Assembly: GCA_965248535.1 (NCBI GenBank)
Contig: CBDFJR010000002.1
Coordinates: 960,001 to 1,024,000, forward strand
Origin: Phormidesmis sp.
GTDB taxonomy: Bacteria; Cyanobacteriota; Cyanobacteriia; Leptolyngbyales; Leptolyngbyaceae
DNA length: 64,000 nt
Reading direction: 5' to 3'
Under the pieces are notes generated by a model, which did not search any database, was not told where the DNA came from, and saw nothing but the letters and a program-made list of their open reading frames with translations. Below, in pieces: positions 11,842-22,827 of this stretch; position 1 is the stretch's first letter, and each line of letters starts with the position of its first letter. A program made the translations under genes and the position numbers.

Positions 11842-13026
11842 ATGAATCGAACTTTTTGGATTACGGCTCTCGTTGCGTTTATCAATGCTCTCAGCTTGAC
11901 GATTCTGATTCCCGTTCTTTATTTATATGGCAGACAGTTTGGTTTAAATGATTTTCAGACGAGTTTATTGTTTTCGATCTATGCGATCGCTCAATTTTTT
12001 GCCACGCCGATTATTGGCAAACTCTCCGATCGGTTTGGGCGCAAACCCCTACTAATCATCAGTCTCGCGGGAACGGTGATCGCCAATCTGATCGCTGGCA
12101 CGGCGACCACGGCCAGCGTTTTATTCATCGCCCGATTTTTAGACGGCATCACGGGGGGCAACGCATCGGTTGCTCAAGCGATCATCTCAGATGTGACGAC
12201 TCCGGCTAACCGGGCCAAAGGGTTTGGAATTTTTGGGGCAGCGTTTGGTCTAGGGTTTGTGTTGGGCCCGGCGACGAGTCTGTTTGCCCAACAGATTTCT
12301 CTCGGAGCGGCGTTTTTGGTGTCTAGCGCGATCGCGCTGATTGCCCTGCTGATCACCTTCTTTTTTCTACCCGAAACGCTGCCCCAGAGAGCGGCGCGAT
12401 CAACCAATATTTTTGATCTCGGTTTAGAAAATCTAATCAAAGGATTGACCATTCCTAGAGTCGGCATTCTGCTAATCATTAACTTTTTTATTGGCACAAC
12501 GTTTACGATCTTTACCTATGCCTTTCAGCCTTATTTTTTGCATGTGCTCAATCAAGATAATCGTGCTCTGACGATGATGTTTTTTCTATTTGGCGTACTG
12601 GGTGTAATCATGCAAACCTGGGGCGTTTCAGTGCTTAATCGCAGATTTAATCTAGTAAGCATTTTGCTGTTTGCGTTGTTTATCCGCAGCTTATCGTTTG
12701 TGTTAATGCCAATATGGGCAAATATTTCCTATTTTGTGATTGTGAGCGTTCTCTTTTCTCTTTTTAATTCGTTAGTTCAGCCGATGATTAACACCTTGAT
12801 CTCGTTGAATTCTAATCCTCAAGATCAGGGCACCGTGATGGGAATTAACTCATCCTATCTAGGCGTTTCAAATGCCTTTGGGCCGGTGATCGCAGGGCTG
12901 ATCGTCAATCAAAATCACCCGGAGACCTATCGTTATCCTCTATATCTAGCGGGAGTTTTGACCTCGATCGTGCTGGTGGTTGCGATCGTCACTCGCCGCC
13001 GCTATGCCCCGATCGTGACTGAATAA
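11842..13026 (+). CDS. MFS transporter (DHA1/TetA-like)
   Basis: Motif A GKLSDRFGRK, motif C GFVLGP, about 12 TM segments. Confidence 0.9.
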   Translation: MNRTFWITALVAFINALSLTILIPVLYLYGRQFGLNDFQTSLLFSIYAIAQFFATPIIGKLSDRFGRKPLLIISLAGTVIANLIAGTATTASVLFIARFLDGITGGNASVAQAIISDVTTPANRAKGFGIFGAAFGLGFVLGPATSLFAQQISLGAAFLVSSAIALIALLITFFFLPETLPQRAARSTNIFDLGLENLIKGLTIPRVGILLIINFFIGTTFTIFTYAFQPYFLHVLNQDNRALTMMFFLFGVLGVIMQTWGVSVLNRRFNLVSILLFALFIRSLSFVLMPIWANISYFVIVSVLFSLFNSLVQPMINTLISLNSNPQDQGTVMGINSSYLGVSNAFGPVIAGLIVNQNHPETYRYPLYLAGVLTSIVLVVAIVTRRRYAPIVTE

Positions 13027-13184
13027 TCTGATTACTGTGAACTTAAGTGAAGCTGAAACGAGAAGCTGAAACAAACGGTAACATTTGCTAGCCCCGATTG
13101 CCCCAGAATAATTTTCGCCCTCAGTTTTGCTTTACAATTTTGGCAACTCTTCCCAGTTTTTCAACCTCTACACCCGAAAGTCTT

Positions 13185-14774
13185 ATGAGCATTGGATATG
13201 TTGCCCTCGTTTTGCACGCCCACTTGCCCTTCGTTCGTCACCCCGAAAGTGATTATGTGCTAGAGGAAGAATGGCTTTATGAAGCTATTACAGAAACCTA
13301 TATCCCCCTGCTGCAAGTCTTTGAAGGTTTAATTCGCGATGGTGTAGACTTCAAACTCACCATGAGCATGACTCCGCCGCTGGTGTCGATGTTGCTCGAT
13401 CCACTGTTGCAAGACCGCTATGATGCCCACCTCGCGCAGCTTGAAGAACTCGCCGAGATGGAAATCGATCGCCACGCCCACAACGGGCACATGAAATATC
13501 TGGCAGAACACAATGCCAGAGAGTTCAACGCTGTGCGCGTTTTTTGGGAGAAACACGATCGCAACCTCGTCAAAGCGTTCAAACAATATCTCGACAGCGG
13601 CAACCTAGAGATCATCACCTGCGGCGCAACTCACGGCTATCTGCCGTTGATGAAAATGTATCCACAGGCGGTGTGGGCCCAGATTCAAGTAGCCTGTGAG
13701 CATTACGAAAAGACTTTCGATCGCCCCGCTAACGGCATTTGGTTGCCAGAATGCGCCTACTATGAGGGGGTCGATCGCATGTTGGCCGATGCCGGGCTGC
13801 GCTACTTTCTCACCGACGGCCACGGCATTCTCTACGCCCGGCCCCGGCCCCGGTTTGGCACCTACGCCCCGATCTTCACCGAAGCCGGAGTTGCCGCGTT
13901 TGGTCGTGATCATGAATCGTCTCAGCAGGTTTGGTCGTCAGAAGTCGGTTACCCCGGTGCTGCCGAATATCGAGAGTTTTATCGCGATTTAGGCTGGGAT
14001 GCCGAATATGACTACATCAAGCCCTACGTCATGCCCAACGGTCAGCGCAAAAATGTAGGCATCAAATATCACAAAATCACGGGCAAAGGGCTAGGGCTAT
14101 CTGACAAACAACTCTACGATCCCTATTGGGCTAAAGAAAAGACAGCCGAACACGCCGCCAACTTTGCCTACAACCGAGAGCGGCAAGTTGAGCACTTGCA
14201 CGACATTATGCAGCGCCCGCCGATCATTGTCTCGCCCTATGATGCCGAGCTATTTGGGCATTGGTGGTATGAAGGCCCGTGGTTTATCGACTATTTGTTC
14301 CGCAAGTCGTGGTTTGACCAAGGCACCTATGATATGACGCACCTAGCCGACTATCTCAAAGCCGAGCCGACGCAGCAGGTCTGCCGCCCATCTCAGTCGA
14401 GTTGGGGCTATAAGGGCTTTCATGAATATTGGCTCAACGAGACCAATGCCTGGATTTACCCTCACCTGCACAAAGCCGCCGAGCGAATGATCGAGCTTTC
14501 TAAAAAAGAACCAGAAGATGAATTAAGCTGGCGGGCGCTCAACCAAGCCGCGAGAGAAGTGCTGTTGGCACAATCATCTGACTGGGCATTTATTATGCGA
14601 ACTGGAACGATGGTGCCCTACGCGATTCGCCGGACACGATCGCACCTGATGCGCTTCAACAAACTCTATGAAGACATTAACCAAGGCAAAATCGATTCGG
14701 GCTGGATTGAAAAAGTCGAAGCGATCGACAACATCTTCCCTGACATCAACTATCGCGTCTACCGTCCGCTTTAA
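13185..14774 (+). CDS. Glycoside hydrolase family 57 (DUF1957, branching-enzyme type)
   Basis: HAHLP, GIWLPECAY, PYDAELFGHWWYEG and AQSSDW conserved regions; ATG at 13185. Confidence 0.92.
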   Translation: MSIGYVALVLHAHLPFVRHPESDYVLEEEWLYEAITETYIPLLQVFEGLIRDGVDFKLTMSMTPPLVSMLLDPLLQDRYDAHLAQLEELAEMEIDRHAHNGHMKYLAEHNAREFNAVRVFWEKHDRNLVKAFKQYLDSGNLEIITCGATHGYLPLMKMYPQAVWAQIQVACEHYEKTFDRPANGIWLPECAYYEGVDRMLADAGLRYFLTDGHGILYARPRPRFGTYAPIFTEAGVAAFGRDHESSQQVWSSEVGYPGAAEYREFYRDLGWDAEYDYIKPYVMPNGQRKNVGIKYHKITGKGLGLSDKQLYDPYWAKEKTAEHAANFAYNRERQVEHLHDIMQRPPIIVSPYDAELFGHWWYEGPWFIDYLFRKSWFDQGTYDMTHLADYLKAEPTQQVCRPSQSSWGYKGFHEYWLNETNAWIYPHLHKAAERMIELSKKEPEDELSWRALNQAAREVLLAQSSDWAFIMRTGTMVPYAIRRTRSHLMRFNKLYEDINQGKIDSGWIEKVEAIDNIFPDINYRVYRPL

Positions 14775-14805
14775 ACTAGAAACCTCAGACTAAGAATCGG
14801 TTAGC

Positions 14806-14866
14806 TAACGGTTAGTGATTAGAAAAAAGTATTCTGGATACAAAGACTACTAATCGCTAACCGTTA
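14806..14866. terminator. Inverted repeat between convergent genes; probable bidirectional terminator
   Basis: taacggttagtgattag...ctaatcgctaaccgtta. Confidence 0.55.
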
Positions 14867-14870
14867 ATTT

Positions 14871-15149
14871 TTATCGCGCTATGGTGTTTGCTAACGCAAA
14901 GGTCGCTAACACGCCCAAAACATGACCAAAACTCATCGAAGCTAAAAATCCTGCAACGCTAATGTCATTAAACAATAATTTTGAGAAAGGCAGCGGCATC
15001 TTAGCTCCCGTATGGGGATAGTTAATGGTGCGGCTAGCAATCAATAAAACCAGCAGGCAGGCCCCAATCATGATGGGAGTGCCTTCCCAGTGCCAAAGCA
15101 GAGTGCCAGGAATCCCGAATTGAGCCACAAAAAATAGAGAATTGATCAC
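14871..15149 (-). CDS. psaK: Photosystem I subunit PsaK (divergent copy)
   Basis: Two TM helices, FLASMSFGHVLG signature, GTG start after AAGGA. Confidence 0.78.
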   Translation of the reverse strand: MINSLFFVAQFGIPGTLLWHWEGTPIMIGACLLVLLIASRTINYPHTGAKMPLPFSKLLFNDISVAGFLASMSFGHVLGVLATFALANTIAR

Positions 15150-15301
15150 AACAAATGTCCTTTTTTGGATGTGGTGTTCTCTAAGATTGTTCCGCGATCG
15201 CTGAGATTTAGCCTCCTTCTAGTGTGAGACACTGACTCTAACTAGCGAAAGATTTTTGATGGTGAGCTTGGCGAGGGAACCCGATCGCCAAGCTGAACCA
15301 T

Positions 15302-16459
15302 TCATCTGGGATCGACGATCGAGATTTTAGGACTAGCGTCGCGTCGCTTTAACACCAGTGAACTGAGTAGCCCGATCGCTACAATCCCTATCGCCGCACC
15401 CGGCTCAGGAACTTTGATCGCTGTATAGGTGATTCCGATCGGGCGATTTAAGGCTTTAGTCTGTGACACATAAACTGCACTAGAGTTGCCAGCAGACGGC
15501 AGCGGCACCCCCGTTAAGCCGTCATAGCGCAGAATTGTACCTTGGTTAGTCTTCTGGTCAAACCCAACACTATAGAGCTTTCCACCTGGGTCAAAGGTCA
15601 GGTTGCCGATAAAGCTGGTGCTTGGAACCACCCCCGTGTAATTGGTGGAGAGTGTTTGTTTAATGGCTCCACTAGACCCGTCATAGCGGCGAATGTCATT
15701 GGCAAAATCACTCACAAACAAGTCACCTTGAGGGCCCGTAGCTAACCCCAAAAAGCTCACAAACCCAAAGCTGTCAGGTGAAGGAGTCGGCTGATCTACC
15801 AAAACTGACGACGCACCTGTGGCGAGGTCATAGCTTAAAACTTGACTAGCAAACCCACCGCTAAAATCTGCCTGAAATGAACCAGGTTTAGCAGCGTCAG
15901 AAATCGCCACACTGCCCTGGGTGGTCACTAGCAGCCGCCCATCTTGGGTAAATAACAGATCGTTGGGACCGTTAAGCTGCCCTGATTTGCGGGCAGAGGG
16001 TGGAATGTTTTTAGCAGAGGCAAACACATCGATAAAGGCACCTGTCTTGCCGTTATAGCGCAAAATCTGGTCGGTCAAAAAGCTGCTCACATAGAGGTTG
16101 CCATCGGGCCCAAAGGCGTTGCCATAGGGACGAATCAAGCCCTCGCTAGCAAACTTGTCGATAAAGCTGCCCGTTTTGCCGTCATAGCGCAAAATTTCGC
16201 CTGTTGAATTGCTGCCACTGCTGATATAGAGGTTGCCATCGGGGCCAAAGGTGAGATCATCGGGGTCGAGCAATCCGCCGACTTTAGGAGCAATAAAATC
16301 GCCTCTAAAGTTTCCAGCATCGTCATAGATCACCACATTGTTGCCTCTGGTGTTGCCCACCAAAAGGGCCGCATCAGCCTGGGCGATCGCTCCTACACTG
16401 ACTATCGAGCTAATGCCCAAGCCGATCGTCGATCTCAAAAGCGGTAGACTAAGGTTCAT
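15302..16459 (-). CDS. PEP-CTERM sorted beta-propeller (NHL-like repeats) surface protein
   Basis: Signal peptide; repeated FGPDGNLY...ILRYDGKTG; VPEP + TM + KRR tail. Confidence 0.88.
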   Translation of the reverse strand: MNLSLPLLRSTIGLGISSIVSVGAIAQADAALLVGNTRGNNVVIYDDAGNFRGDFIAPKVGGLLDPDDLTFGPDGNLYISSGSNSTGEILRYDGKTGSFIDKFASEGLIRPYGNAFGPDGNLYVSSFLTDQILRYNGKTGAFIDVFASAKNIPPSARKSGQLNGPNDLLFTQDGRLLVTTQGSVAISDAAKPGSFQADFSGGFASQVLSYDLATGASSVLVDQPTPSPDSFGFVSFLGLATGPQGDLFVSDFANDIRRYDGSSGAIKQTLSTNYTGVVPSTSFIGNLTFDPGGKLYSVGFDQKTNQGTILRYDGLTGVPLPSAGNSSAVYVSQTKALNRPIGITYTAIKVPEPGAAIGIVAIGLLSSLVLKRRDASPKISIVDPR

Positions 16460-16623
16460 AAAATCTTGACTAGTAGATGATCTGGAGATTCCTATTCTTA
16501 AGAAATTCTGAGGTGAGAAGTGTCTTCTCAGCTACAAAACATACTTAGATTCTCTGATTTTTAACAGTATTTTTACTTAAATTTTTGATAAAAGGAAAGT
16601 TCGTTTTGTGAAGATTAAATAAA

Positions 16624-17496
16624 GTGTACGATACAACTCGGTCTCTTCGCTCAGAGTTGACCCTCTGCGATCGCGCCTTTAGTTGGGGTCAACAAACCTA
16701 TTTGATGGGTGTTCTCAACGTCACCCCTGACAGCTTTAGCGATGGCGGACAGTTTGACACCCTAGACGCTGCCCTAGCTCAGGCTCACAAAATGGTCGCT
16801 GACGGAGCCGACTTTTTAGACATTGGGGGACAATCGACCCGACCCAATGCCGAACCTGTGACGCTTGTTGAAGAACTCGATCGGGTGATCCCTGTCGTTG
16901 AAACGTTGCGGCAGCGGTCAGAATTCTCCCAGGTGCCGATCTCAGTAGACACGACGCGATCGCAGGTGGCAACGGCCGCGATCGCCGCAGGGGCAGATCT
17001 GATCAACGATATCTCTGGCGCAACCTTTGATGCAGAAATGCTCTCGATCGTGGCCAAGCTCAAGGTGCCCATTATCTTAATGCACACTCGCGGCACTCCT
17101 AAAACCATGCAAACCCTCACTGAATATGGAGATCTGATCAGTGAACTTGTCGAATTTTTAGCAGCGCGGATTGACGCGGCGATCGCGGCAGGCATCGATC
17201 GCCGCCAAATCATCATTGATCCCGGCATCGGCTTTGCCAAAAAAACCGCGCAGAATTTAGAAATCCTGCGCCAGCTTCCTGCTTTTCAAGAGTTGGGGTG
17301 TCCGATTTTGGTTGGGGTGTCTCGCAAACGGTTTATCGGTCAGATTCTCAATCAGCCAGACCCGCAAGCTAGAGTCTGGGGCACGGCGGCAGCCTGCGTA
17401 AGCGCGATCGCCCAAGGCGCTGACATTTTACGAGTTCACGATGTAGCCGAAATGCACGACGTTTGCCGCGTTGCAGATGCCCTTTGGAGACCCTAA
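16624..17496 (+). CDS. folP: Dihydropteroate synthase
   Basis: MGVLNVTPDSFSDGG, DPGIGFAK, SRKRF and RVHDV motifs. Confidence 0.96.
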   Translation: MYDTTRSLRSELTLCDRAFSWGQQTYLMGVLNVTPDSFSDGGQFDTLDAALAQAHKMVADGADFLDIGGQSTRPNAEPVTLVEELDRVIPVVETLRQRSEFSQVPISVDTTRSQVATAAIAAGADLINDISGATFDAEMLSIVAKLKVPIILMHTRGTPKTMQTLTEYGDLISELVEFLAARIDAAIAAGIDRRQIIIDPGIGFAKKTAQNLEILRQLPAFQELGCPILVGVSRKRFIGQILNQPDPQARVWGTAAACVSAIAQGADILRVHDVAEMHDVCRVADALWRP

Positions 17497-17500
17497 CCTA

Positions 17501-18316
17501 TCAATTTGTGCTGTTGCCTCCCGCAGAATTGCTCGACCCCGAATCAAATTCGTGGGGTCTAATCAAATCTGTGATCGCCTCATTCAAGGCTTTAGGATCC
17601 ATAAAGACGATTTTAGAATTATCACTCTTGCCAATTTCTAGACTGGCATTGACATAATCTCTGGCAACTAAATAACGCAAGACTTCCTGGGCGTTGGGTT
17701 GAGCCTGCAACGCTCGTGCCAGTTCTTCGATTGATTTCACCGTGGCTTCGGTTCTCGAAAGGGCAGCGTTTTTCTCACTCTTAGCAATCTGCTCTTGCTC
17801 TAGAGACGCTCTCAAAGCAGTAGACAGCGTGACAGCCTGCACCTCCACTCGAATCACCTCAATGCCCCATTCACGAGCCGCCTTATCTAGAGGCCTGCGA
17901 AGCTCAGAGTTAATTCTATCGGTCGATGAAATAGCTTCGGTCAGTGAGAGCCGACCGATTTCACCCCGCAGATTGGTGATCACGAGTTGCTTGAGGGCTT
18001 CCTCTAGATCTTCAACCGCATAGTAGGCTTTTTGAAGTTCTAAAATTCGCCAAAAAATAATGGCATCAATCTCGATCGGAACGTTGTCTTTAGTCAGCAC
18101 CTGCTGAGGGTCAATATCTAAAAGCTGTTCTCGAATCGTCTCGACTAAAACGGTGTCCATAAACGGGATCACAAAGTTGAGTCCCGGCTTTAAGGTGCGT
18201 TTGTATTGCCCTAATCGCTGCACCAAAGCTTCGTCACCCTGGTCAATGATTCTGACAGAACCAATCATGTATCCAAGAATAATCAGTGTGAATGCACCAA
18301 GTAGGGACTCAATCAT
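17501..18316 (-). CDS. SPFH/band-7 (stomatin-like) protein
   Basis: N-terminal TM, LKPGLNFVIP, TKDNV, WGIEVIRVEV. Confidence 0.9.
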   Translation of the reverse strand: MIESLLGAFTLIILGYMIGSVRIIDQGDEALVQRLGQYKRTLKPGLNFVIPFMDTVLVETIREQLLDIDPQQVLTKDNVPIEIDAIIFWRILELQKAYYAVEDLEEALKQLVITNLRGEIGRLSLTEAISSTDRINSELRRPLDKAAREWGIEVIRVEVQAVTLSTALRASLEQEQIAKSEKNAALSRTEATVKSIEELARALQAQPNAQEVLRYLVARDYVNASLEIGKSDNSKIVFMDPKALNEAITDLIRPHEFDSGSSNSAGGNSTN

Positions 18317-18523
18317 ATGCGCGCTCCCGTTGAGCTTAATTAGAGACTAAAAAGAAAAGTGGAAGAATTTTGAGTGATCTTATTGAAAACAAGGACTCAT
18401 TTCGTCGCGATCGGGCAAAACCAGAGGTGATTTCTCTAACCGTACAACGCTATAACGTGCATTCTACAGACATTTTCGCGATTCAAAACTCTAAAATCAA
18501 AACTCTCACAGGTTTGTCATGAT

Positions 18524-20230
18524 TCACCGTTTGCTATCTTGCCAAGCGTTCCCAATTCCTTTGACAATGCCGCGACCGATCAGCCCTAATCCTCGCCCAA
18601 TCACATCGGTGAGCAGATAGATCAGCCCACTGCCGACCCAAGCGATCGTGGCTTTTAATCGGGGTGAAATGGCATCTCGCGTTTCTAAAGCCAGCGTCAC
18701 GGCTAACCGCACCCCTGCCAATTGCTCAAGCTCAGGGCGACGGGGGGCATAGATCACAACCTGTCTAATGCCGGGCGAAGTCAACACAAACAGCCGATGT
18801 TGACTCTCAAAGATGGCGGTTGGCTCAGACACATAGCGATCAACGCGATATCTCCACGATAGATCATTGCGAAAGCGCTCAATGTCGCGAGTCGAGAGCA
18901 GGCGACGATCGTAAAAGCTTTGCTTGATGGCTTCTAAATCTGAAAACCGATTTAGCAATGGCTGCACGACCGCGTTGGCTAGCTGAATGGCAAGATTTTC
19001 CAACAGATCGGCGGCCCGATCGATCGCGTCTGGCGACCCGATCAAAGAGTCGGCATTGTCGATCGTCAGCGCTGACTCAAACAGCAGATGAGCATATAAA
19101 TCGACGACTAGAGGAATCTTATTCAGAATCTCTGCCTGAACGGTTTCTTCGTCTTGCAGCAGGGCCGTCACGACCTCTATATCCTGGTTTTTGACCCGCA
19201 GGGTGTAATATCGGCCAAAAAAGTCGATCGTCACAGCCTGCCACAAATCGCGCACGATCGCCGCCTGTTTTTCGGCAAGCTGATCGGGCTGAATCTGAGA
19301 AAACCGCAACTCGTCTAGACTCGCCTCAATCTGCCGCAAAATGATGTAGAACAATTCTCGCTTGCGCTCTGTCCGAAAAATATCGATTTCGAGCGGCGAA
19401 CTCGTCAAGTTTTCTAAACTCGATTGCAGTTTGGCAGAAATGGCATCAAACAGCGTTGATTGAAGCTCTCTAGCCGTTAAATCTGAAGTCCGATCAGGCA
19501 CAAGTTGAGAACTAGCCGGAAGCTGAGGCAAGGATTCTCTGACGGGAGATAGCGTTCTTGCTGACTCTGCCGTTGAGCTAGAAAGAACTCGCTTCACCAA
19601 CCATCGGGCAGCTTTAAGCTCTCTGCGCTGTCCGGTCAGGATGGCTTTGTCGAGCAACGATAGCCCAGGCAACTCAAGTTGAGCATTGAGATCGGTGAGT
19701 GCCGCTTCAATTTGCTGAAGGCTAGACGATCGTAGGGCTGCACGCACCCGGCTCAACAGACGCAACTGCTCAGATCGAGGAGCGATCGTCAAACGTTTCA
19801 CCTGGTCTGCATTCCAATAACGTTGACCCGTCGCCACCTGTCGAATCGCGTTCACCAACTCAGCGATCGAGCTTCCCCTAGGGCAATAGCCTTCAACACC
19901 GATTTGCAGGGCTTCTATCAGGAGAGAATCTGGCAGCGACCCGATCAGCAAAATGGGCAAGTCAGGCTGCTGAGTCTTGAGTTGTCGCAATAGCTCTAGA
20001 TCCACGGGCGATCGCGCCGCCAGTCCGCTGGTTTCTAACCCGACCAAAATCAGATCGAGCGGTGGGCTATCTGCCAGAGATCTCAAGGCTGCTGCGCCTG
20101 TTTCTGCCTCGATCGCCACTTGCAGATCAGACCATCGACTCAGCCCAGTCAACAGCCCCAGTCTCACAATGGGGTCTGCCTCAATCAACATCAGGTGTAA
20201 CCAGCGACTTGTCGGACGATCGAGCGACAC
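18524..20230 (-). CDS. DUF3685/Ycf55-like protein with an atypical N-terminal receiver domain
   Basis: REC-like N-terminus; C-terminal LSTRDIERFRNDLSW and LETRDAISPRL motifs. Confidence 0.8.
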   Translation of the reverse strand: MSLDRPTSRWLHLMLIEADPIVRLGLLTGLSRWSDLQVAIEAETGAAALRSLADSPPLDLILVGLETSGLAARSPVDLELLRQLKTQQPDLPILLIGSLPDSLLIEALQIGVEGYCPRGSSIAELVNAIRQVATGQRYWNADQVKRLTIAPRSEQLRLLSRVRAALRSSSLQQIEAALTDLNAQLELPGLSLLDKAILTGQRRELKAARWLVKRVLSSSTAESARTLSPVRESLPQLPASSQLVPDRTSDLTARELQSTLFDAISAKLQSSLENLTSSPLEIDIFRTERKRELFYIILRQIEASLDELRFSQIQPDQLAEKQAAIVRDLWQAVTIDFFGRYYTLRVKNQDIEVVTALLQDEETVQAEILNKIPLVVDLYAHLLFESALTIDNADSLIGSPDAIDRAADLLENLAIQLANAVVQPLLNRFSDLEAIKQSFYDRRLLSTRDIERFRNDLSWRYRVDRYVSEPTAIFESQHRLFVLTSPGIRQVVIYAPRRPELEQLAGVRLAVTLALETRDAISPRLKATIAWVGSGLIYLLTDVIGRGLGLIGRGIVKGIGNAWQDSKR

Positions 20231-20272
20231 AGATCCACTCTCCTATTCCCTAGCTCCATAGTCCCACACTCG

Positions 20273-22300
20273 TCACTGAGGCGGACTTGGCTCTGAAGAG
20301 TCTGCGGGCGACTCTGATGCAGACGGCTCTGGAGACGATTCTGGGGCAGGGTCACGCCGACTGGCTGCTTCTTGCTCTCGTGCTCTCAAGATTGTGGCCC
20401 GCTCAACTGACCAGCGCGAAATGGCACCTTGAGCCTCTCGATAAAGCCCGCGTCTGGGTGAAATCTGAGCCGCTAGGTCGATCGCCCGCGTCAAATAGCC
20501 GCCACTAGCCAAGCTAGCCGCTTGATTGAGAATCGGCCGATCTTCAGCAATTTGAATCTGATAGACCCATTCTCCCACCAGAGATTGAGCCTCTCTATAG
20601 AGCGCCCGACCCGACTGCACTCTTGCAGCGACTTGAATCGCCTGCCCCAATTTGCCAGAGGTTGCCACTGCTTTAGCTTCGTCTAAGATCGGCTTGTCTT
20701 CGATGGTTTGGATCTGCACCGTCCAGTCCACAATGCTCGACTGCGCTTCTTGAGACAGCGCCCGCTGCGGCTTGACCAAACTCGCTAACGCCACCGCCGA
20801 TCGTAGAGGATCGAGCTTGCCCGTCTTGGCCAACTGTTGAGCCTGCCGCAGCACCGGGCGGTCTTCCATCCACTCGACTTCTTTTTGCCACTGAGCCAGC
20901 AGCGTTTGGGCATGAAGGCGACGCGGATGCTTGGGCGGAATCTGTTGGGCCTGGGCGATCGCCAGTTGCAGCGTGGAAATCTGCTGCACGTTGGATAGAG
21001 TGCTAGCAACATTTAGCTGCACGAGACCCTGGGCTTGCAGGTCTAATCGGGGCAAGAGGGCTTTAGCCTGGGCATAGAAAGGACTCTGAGCATTAATCTG
21101 CCGCAATAGCTGAATCGCCAGCCACAAAGGGGCAAGGCGCTCTAAAGCAGGCTGTCGATAGTCAGTGTCGGCATCGACTTCTTTAGCTCGAATTAACCGA
21201 ATCAGGTCTTGATGATCTGAAGTGAGGTTGACACTAGCGGGAATCGAACTGACTAGCGCGCTGGCTCCGGCTAGATCTTGTTTTCCTAAACGCACGACTG
21301 CTAGCCCAAAGACGGCATTGCGCCACTGCAACACGTCGGCTTTGGCTTGATCCCACACAAAGGTTTTGCGATTGATGGGGTCGGTGATGGCGATCGCCCG
21401 TCCCCACTGGTCAGGTGAGGTCGATTTGACAAAGTTTCGCGCATCTTTCAAATATTGCCACGCCACTTTTTCGTCGGTGGTGCGCTGCCGAATCTCACCT
21501 AGCCGATCTTGCCAGGAGGGATCGTTGATTAGACTCAGGGTAGCAATATGCTCAGAGGCAAGATCCCAGTTCTGCTTTTTGAGCGCGCTGAGAATCTTGT
21601 CATAGAGAATTTGCCCTTTGTTAAATTCTTCTCGCCAGCGTTTAACGGCGGTTTGAGCTTCTTTATAAACAGCACTTGATGCCGGAATTTGATTGGCTAA
21701 CGCGATGCCGCCTTTGAGATCTTTTTGAGCGACTCGATCGCGGGCCAACATTAACAAGGTGTTTGACCACTCTTGCATGAGAGCTTGGGCCTGACCATAG
21801 AGCGGGTGCTCTGAAGTCCAGTCTTTGACCAGTTTGATCGCGTCTAAAATTTGCTCTGGCTTTCCCGACCCTGCACTTTGTTGAGCACAAAACAGCCGCT
21901 CAGACTCAGCCGACCAGTTAGAAATCTGCTTACAGTCAACGGCTGGGGGAACTTTTGAGAGCCAGATAAACGCTGCGATCGCAGTTCCGCCCGCCGCCGC
22001 GAGAATTCCTAACCAGATTAGCTGCCACCTCAACGCTCTGGCGATCGGGCTTAAGGTTCGCAAGGTGCCTTGTGCGCCCAATGAGATTGTGCGGGCAGCG
22101 CCTTTCTGAAGCCTGGCAAATCGCGCAGCGGCTGGGCGCTGTTTGGGGTGAGTGGGAGGAGTGATGTCTTCGCGAATCACGTCTAAATCGGCTTCTAGCT
22201 GGTCATTCTGCGGTTTAGAAGGCAATGCACGGTCTGCTTCTTCAAATTTAGGTTTTTGAAAGACCTGAAGCCAGGAAGGAGTCGGGGGTTTTCTAGCCAT
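20273..22300 (-). CDS. Cyanobacterial single-TM protein with helical repeats
   Basis: TM near aa 95-115 and a Cys pair; three C-terminal repeats of ED(R/K)P(V/I)L..A..A..G.L. Confidence 0.7.
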   Translation of the reverse strand: MARKPPTPSWLQVFQKPKFEEADRALPSKPQNDQLEADLDVIREDITPPTHPKQRPAAARFARLQKGAARTISLGAQGTLRTLSPIARALRWQLIWLGILAAAGGTAIAAFIWLSKVPPAVDCKQISNWSAESERLFCAQQSAGSGKPEQILDAIKLVKDWTSEHPLYGQAQALMQEWSNTLLMLARDRVAQKDLKGGIALANQIPASSAVYKEAQTAVKRWREEFNKGQILYDKILSALKKQNWDLASEHIATLSLINDPSWQDRLGEIRQRTTDEKVAWQYLKDARNFVKSTSPDQWGRAIAITDPINRKTFVWDQAKADVLQWRNAVFGLAVVRLGKQDLAGASALVSSIPASVNLTSDHQDLIRLIRAKEVDADTDYRQPALERLAPLWLAIQLLRQINAQSPFYAQAKALLPRLDLQAQGLVQLNVASTLSNVQQISTLQLAIAQAQQIPPKHPRRLHAQTLLAQWQKEVEWMEDRPVLRQAQQLAKTGKLDPLRSAVALASLVKPQRALSQEAQSSIVDWTVQIQTIEDKPILDEAKAVATSGKLGQAIQVAARVQSGRALYREAQSLVGEWVYQIQIAEDRPILNQAASLASGGYLTRAIDLAAQISPRRGLYREAQGAISRWSVERATILRAREQEAASRRDPAPESSPEPSASESPADSSEPSPPQ

Positions 22301-22688
22301 GAATTACAGCGATCGCACAGGTCGGGTTCGGCTATTCTACAGTCGGTTTGGGCAGTTGATTGAGCCGATTTTGAACCAGTCCAACCCCAACTTGCCTGAG
22401 CTATTTAAATATCCCCAGCAGGCAGAGCGGCTAGATTTCGGGAAGCAATCGCACGCGATTAAGAAATGGAAAATCAACCACTTTAAAAACCTTGCTGTCG
22501 GAGACACGCTGAACCTTGAAAATCTATGCGGTTCTACTGCATTTTTCTAGACTCCCCCTCGCAGTAAGATTCAGAGGAGCTAGACAAACAGCATTTTGAG
22601 GCCTATCTGCTTCAAACTTAAACAGGACTTGCGGCGCTCAGTGCTGAAGACGGGTTTCCCGTCGCAGGCAACTGAGTAATAGAAGCGC

Positions 22689-22827
22689 AAATAGGGTAGG
22701 GCATACCCGAATTAACGCTTGGGGAGAATCCCACCTCTGGTCTAGATGACGCAAGGACTCTAGGTTAAGTGGTTTCATTGAACCAAGAATCCCACGGCTT
22801 TAGCTTTGCGGAGCCGTGGGAGTGTCA
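22689..22827 (+). mobile_element. Orphan right end of an IS200/IS605-family (tnpB) element
   Basis: Reads NRVGHTRINAWGE (TnpB C-terminal tail-like), then GAACCAAGAATCCC, the hairpin CCCACGGCT...AGCCGTGGG and terminal AGTGTCA. Confidence 0.7.
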
